This document shows, in pieces, positions 59,022-64,000 of a stretch of DNA of 64,000 nt. The stretch lies in assembly GCF_009914755.1 (NCBI RefSeq), contig NC_060935.1; one strand, written 5' to 3'. Numbering within the stretch: position 1 is the stretch's first letter; each line of letters starts with the position of its first letter. Source of the stretch: the human T2T-CHM13v2.0 reference genome, Homo sapiens. The translations under genes and the position numbers were made by a program. The notes below the pieces were generated by a model. It saw only the letters and a program-made list of their open reading frames with translations. It searched no databases and was not told the DNA's origin.

Positions 59022-59510
59022 TGTGGCAGTCTCTGACATTGGTGGCCCCCAATGCACCATACCTCCTAGTATTTATTTCCTTGTATAACCTCCTCCCTTG
59101 GAATCTAGTATGGACCTATGATTTGCTTCAACCAGTATAATGTGGTGGAAGTTAGACTGTTCCAGTTCCAGGTCTCATCCTTAAGAAGGCCTGGCAGCTT
59201 CCACTCTTGTGTTCTTAGGAGCCCTAGACTATCATGTAAAACGTTCAGCTATCCTGTGAAGAGAAGAGGCCATGTGAAGAAGGAGAGACCCTAAGACTCA
59301 ATGGAAAAACAGAGGAGCCCAACCTTTCCAGTGTCCCAGCTGAGCCCGCTCCCAGCTAGTTAGCCAGCTGAAAGCAGCCATATGTGTGACCATTGGCAAG
59401 ACCAGGAGAAGAATCACTCCAGCTGAGTCAGTTCAGCTTCCAAGAATCAAGAGCAAATAAAATGTTAAGCCAGTAAGATTTAGGATGGTTTTTTAACACA
59501 GCAAAAGAAA
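59022..59510 (+). mobile_element. MaLR LTR (MLT1-like)
   Basis: TGTGGCAG...GGCCCCCAATG start; TTAAGCCAGTAAG...ACAGCAA end. Confidence 0.65.
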
Positions 59511-62500
59511 CAGATGTGTTCCTTGACACCACAGATCAAGAGGCAAGTGAACAGTCTTGGAATCTTATCTCCTTGTTTTTAGCTTTAACTTTGGTGCTCT
59601 GCTCTGCACAAAGGCCCGACAAGTAACAATTCCTTTGATCCCTGTAAATCTGATCAGGGCACAGTAGAGACATCTAGTCATTTTGACAGTACGTATATTT
59701 GAACAGAAACCTTTAGGGTAGCCGTCCAAATGTAAAGGTAGAAACAAGTGGGATGAGTAGCAGAGGAGAGATGGAATGGGAGGAGTCCCATTTAGGTTGA
59801 AGTGACACAGAGAATGAATGCTGGAGCAAGCGGGGTTGGCTCTGGAAGGACAGGGGCTCACATCAAGTGTGGAAGGTAACATTAAGGAGTGGGCCTGTGG
59901 TAACTGGCTCCAGATATCAGAGAGGCCAAGGGCTGTCTGAATTTCTCTGAAAACTAGAAGTTTCTACAAAGAGCACTAATAGAGAAATTGTGATTTCCAA
60001 TATGGTGTGTATCTCAGGGATTACGTGTGTGTGTGTGATTATGGTGAGGGGAAAGAGAGAGAGAGAATGAATGAATGAATGCACAGAGACAACAAAATGG
60101 AGAGACTAAAAAAAAAATTTTCCTAGAGCTAAAAAGTAGATGACTTTTTAAAAAGGTTTATTTATTATTTCCCTTCTTTAACACTCTCATCTAAGCAGCT
60201 TAAGAATCCCTGTATTTAGGGTTTGGGAACTAGGGAAGAAGCGGGTGATTTCCTTTCCTGGCCTGCCTAAAGGCCAAAGCTGCTGCTGACATCAAGCTTC
60301 TGTCCAGCCCAGGCCAATTATCAGACAGAGTTAGGGCTCCAGGTGCAAACTCAGAACACAGTCAACTCCCATCCTTGCTACTGTAAGTAACAGAAATGAA
60401 AAATGTGAATGGAAACCATCAGGGAAAACTCGTGACAGCAGGAGGTGGTGCCCGGGTACAATGCACCCATCCACTGCATGACAGGGAAAGAGCGGGAAGA
60501 GTGGGGCAATCAGTCCTTGCCATCAGTCTTTGTCTCAGCTTTGAGAAGGACACTCCCAGCTGTCTGTTGCTGTGGTTCACAGACTAAATGGAGATTCCTT
60601 CTGTCCTGGCAGGTTCTCCTCAGTGGCCAAGCTCCACGGCAGGAACTGAGCCATAGTAAGTTTATTTCAGGCCAAAAAATCTTAACATACATCCCCATTA
60701 GTGGGTAGGGGTAGGAAGGTGGAGCTTTTTATTAGCAGGATGTTTGGGCAGAGATGAGGATGTTGAAAGCAGGAGTCAACATTTCCCAAGGTTCTTTCTT
60801 AAAATACATTGTGTTTGACTTTGGAACTCCTGACTCACCCCCAGGCTGGGCATTCTGTCTTGGAGCTACTGTATTCCCAAGAGTGCTTGGGGAGACCTGC
60901 TCATTCCCCACCTACAGTATCCACAGAAACATCTGCTATAGCTTATTAGAAAGTCAAAACAACCAACCATCAATCCATCATGTTTTCTGTTTAATGACAC
61001 ATTCCTGTTGGCTGACGCATGCCCCTCCCCAAGGATCCCGCCCCCCGCTCCCGGACTGCCTGTGTGTGTGTGTCTGTAAAACTGTGAACTGATTTTGAGG
61101 ATAGTTTGAACAGCTTCTTACATCCTAGTTTATTTAACCTTCTCACACGAATAGCAATACTTTTCTGTGGGGAATCACAGAATGATTACTGACTCATTAG
61201 ATAAGCAGTGAGCCCTGGAAACAGGAAGCAAAAAGTGGGCTTTCAAAGCCAATTTCATTCCCTTCTCTTTTCATCCACAGGTGACACAGCATTGTAGAAA
61301 GAGTCTGTACTTGGAGTCAGTAGTCCTGGGTTCAGCTTGTAGTCCTGACAGGTACTGTGTGACCTGAGATAGCTAACTTGGCCTCTCTGAGTCTCAGTTT
61401 TCTCTTGCATAAAATGGGAATAATAATACCTATCCGGTTGGCTACAGAGGATTTTTTTAAGAGGTTAGAATAGAATACTGGGGTGGGAAGGCAGCTTAAA
61501 GAACATCTGATGCTTGAATTCCTTCCTATAGTATCACCACAAATAAGCCATGCAACCTATCCTTGAACTCTTTCTGTGACAGGGAACTCATTCCCACAGA
61601 CAGTCCAGTGCAATGTGAGACAGCCCTGATTTATTTTGAGCTGAAAAGTGCTTCCTTTAGCATTCCACCAATTGGTTCTTTTCCATGTAGATACACACAA
61701 ACAAGTCCAATTCTCTTCTGAAAGAAAAGCTTTTAGAATCTGGAGGTACTAGCACATCCCTGACATAGACAGAGCAGTCTCTGAGTCTTCTCTCTACCAG
61801 GCTCAGCTTTTGGTTCTCTTCACTATCGTAGTTATTGCACTCCAAAGGCACTTTAGGTAATTTTTAACCCTCAATGTAGCTTCTCTAGCACTGGATGTGG
61901 TATTCAGGATTTCTGAAATGGAGATAATGAATTGTGACATTCACCTCCCTTGTCCTAGATGCTATGCCTCTATTAATGCAGCTGACCCTTGAATTTGCTT
62001 TATTTAGTGGCCATATCCCAATAGCAGCCCTTCCTCCATAATCTTAGCTGCAAACATCTAACTTTCTGATCACCACCTCCTTTCTTTCCAGCTTATTCCA
62101 CGTACTATCCAACTCAACAGTTTCTAAACCTCACCAGGACTTACTATCCATTGATCACCCTTTCACTGTCCCTTGTCCCTCCCCTTTACCACGTCCTCCC
62201 ATTCTCTCCCCTTTTACCCAGCCTAGAGCTCATGATACAATTATAATCATTCCCTTGAATAGACTCTCAACTCCTTGCTCTTTCCCGTTTTCTCTTGCCT
62301 GGCAAAATCCCCAACCCTGATTACACCCTGCTCTCTTCGTCTTCCTGCCCTTGGACCCAGACAGTTGAACCTGGCTTGAGGAAGCAAGAAACAGGTTAAC
62401 TAGCTTAAGTTAAATTCATAAACAGTAACCCCAAGGGGGCCCAGAGAGCTGCCCAGTGATCATGATCCAGCTTCCCAGTCTGGACATTCTCCCACTCTCC

Positions 62501-63856
62501 TAGATAACTAGGTCCCACTTCCTCTATCCTTAAACCTCCCCATCCTCACTCTATGCTGATGTCCTTGTCTTCAAGCAGATGGGACTCCCCCTCGCTCCCA
62601 CCACCACATCTACCCACCTGCCCCATCAGTGCCCAGTACTCTGCCTTCCCTTTCTCCCTGTGGATGATTTTCTGTGCTCCAAGACTAAGCTCTTCAGGTG
62701 TGCACTGGATCCTTTTTCCTGCTTGCTTACTCAAGGACTTTTTCCCCCCATCCTACAGTCCATCATTCATTTTGTCTTTTGACAGGATCATTTCCACCTT
62801 ATATAACCACAATATTATTTTGCTCTCATCTTAAAAAACAAAACACAACACCAACAAAACTCTTTTCTTATCTCCAGATAAGGAAACCCAGAAAAGTTTA
62901 GTAACCTGCCCAAGGTCACATATCTGAAAAGTGGAGGGGTCAAAGGTCAAATTACAGTTTGCCCACCCCTGAAGCCCACCCAGATGAGACTTTGTGCAGA
63001 GTTTGTGGGCTCCAGCCCACTGTTCTGGTTGGAGAAGCTGAGCTTGGACAAGGGAGCACTTTGCCAAGGATGGGCAGGCCATCTCTGCCAAACCTGTGCA
63101 ATCTTCAGGCAGCAAGAAGGCTGGAGATTTGCAAGTGAGAGGGGAACATGCTTTGTCTTCAGAGGCCCACTGAGCTGCTGAAACTCTGGCTTGACCAGCT
63201 CTTCTCTCAGAGTAAACATGGGTGTGTGAGGGCTGTCATCAGGCCTCCATCCCAGCGGCACGTCAGCCACAGCAGTGTGAGCGGGTGGCCACGATGGCAG
63301 ACAGATGGGGCAGGCAAGTGGGGTGGAAGCTGCCAGTACTGTGAAGCTTCCCCAGTGAAGAGATGACACCTCATAAATCTTGCAGGCCCAGAGCCCGTGT
63401 GGTCTGCCACAGTGCCTCATTAACACTTCCTTGTTCTCACATAGAGGTGGAAAATAACCAAATGTGACAAGCTGCCTTCCAAAACCATTTCATCAGAAGG
63501 GCACACATCTTTCCTCCATCACTTGCAACATCCCTAATTGTGCTGAGAACCCTAAACAGCTCAGGCCAAGGGGGTTTTTCTCCTGGGACAATGATACTTA
63601 ACTACCTCCAGATCACAGCCTTCAGCCATCAACCCTCTCATTCCCTCCCCTCACTGCTCCCAGGGATTCTCTCAGAGAATGAGCCCATTTGGTGTCCAGT
63701 CTTATCACTCCTAGGGGTCAAGTTGGAATTTTCAGAATACCTGGAAAAGCATGCATCTACTGCCTTTACTTTGTATATCAGCCAAAACCAGTGTTGACTT
63801 TAGTCACGGCATCTCTTAAAAGTCCTCTTTCAAAAGGGACAGACTGGTCCACTTAC

Positions 63857-63960
63857 TTGTCTGTCACAGCCTGCATGAACTCATCCAGCAAGTCATCGTA
63901 TGCCTTCCCGTGCACGCGCTGGTGTTTCAGGCCGATGTACAGAGGGTCTCTGAGCAGCTC
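63857..63960 (-). CDS. ME3: ME3 exon (ELLRDPLYIGLKHQRV...DEFMQAVTDK)
   Basis: ttccag|GAG ... GACAA|gtaagt; 104 nt, phase 0/2; DPLYIGL motif. Not present in the supplied ORF track. Confidence 0.97.
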
Positions 63961-64000
63961 CTGGAACAGACAGCACCCATTGACTGAGCCTACTCCCGGT

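Overview
Primate (human or great-ape) repeat-rich genomic DNA. The minus strand holds the last nine coding exons of ME3 (mitochondrial NADP-dependent malic enzyme 3, about aa 236-604). All nine have canonical GT-AG boundaries with matching phases, followed by the stop codon at 17803-17805 and a poly(A) signal at 17647-17652. About 7-10 kb downstream of ME3, on the plus strand, is a processed PTP4A1 (PRL-1) pseudogene. Its main CDS is broken by two frameshifts and by a complete solo LTR12 (ERV9) with a 4-bp TSD that cuts off the CAAX tail. It still keeps a CpG-rich promoter-like 5' end and an open copy of the conserved PRL upstream ORF. The rest is Alus, old L1/L2/MIR, ERVL/MaLR LTRs, an ERVL pol remnant, DNA-transposon MITEs and microsatellites. 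I see no new protein-coding system. The best leads are: (1) a retrocopy promoter and uORF facing an antisense LTR12 promoter; (2) an inverted Alu pair around a 318-nt, stop-free, phase-matched ME3 three-exon block; (3) two template-switch inverted duplications; (4) tandem CTCF-like sites. Repeat subfamily names, reference sequences and exon numbers are recalled from memory, not checked by search.
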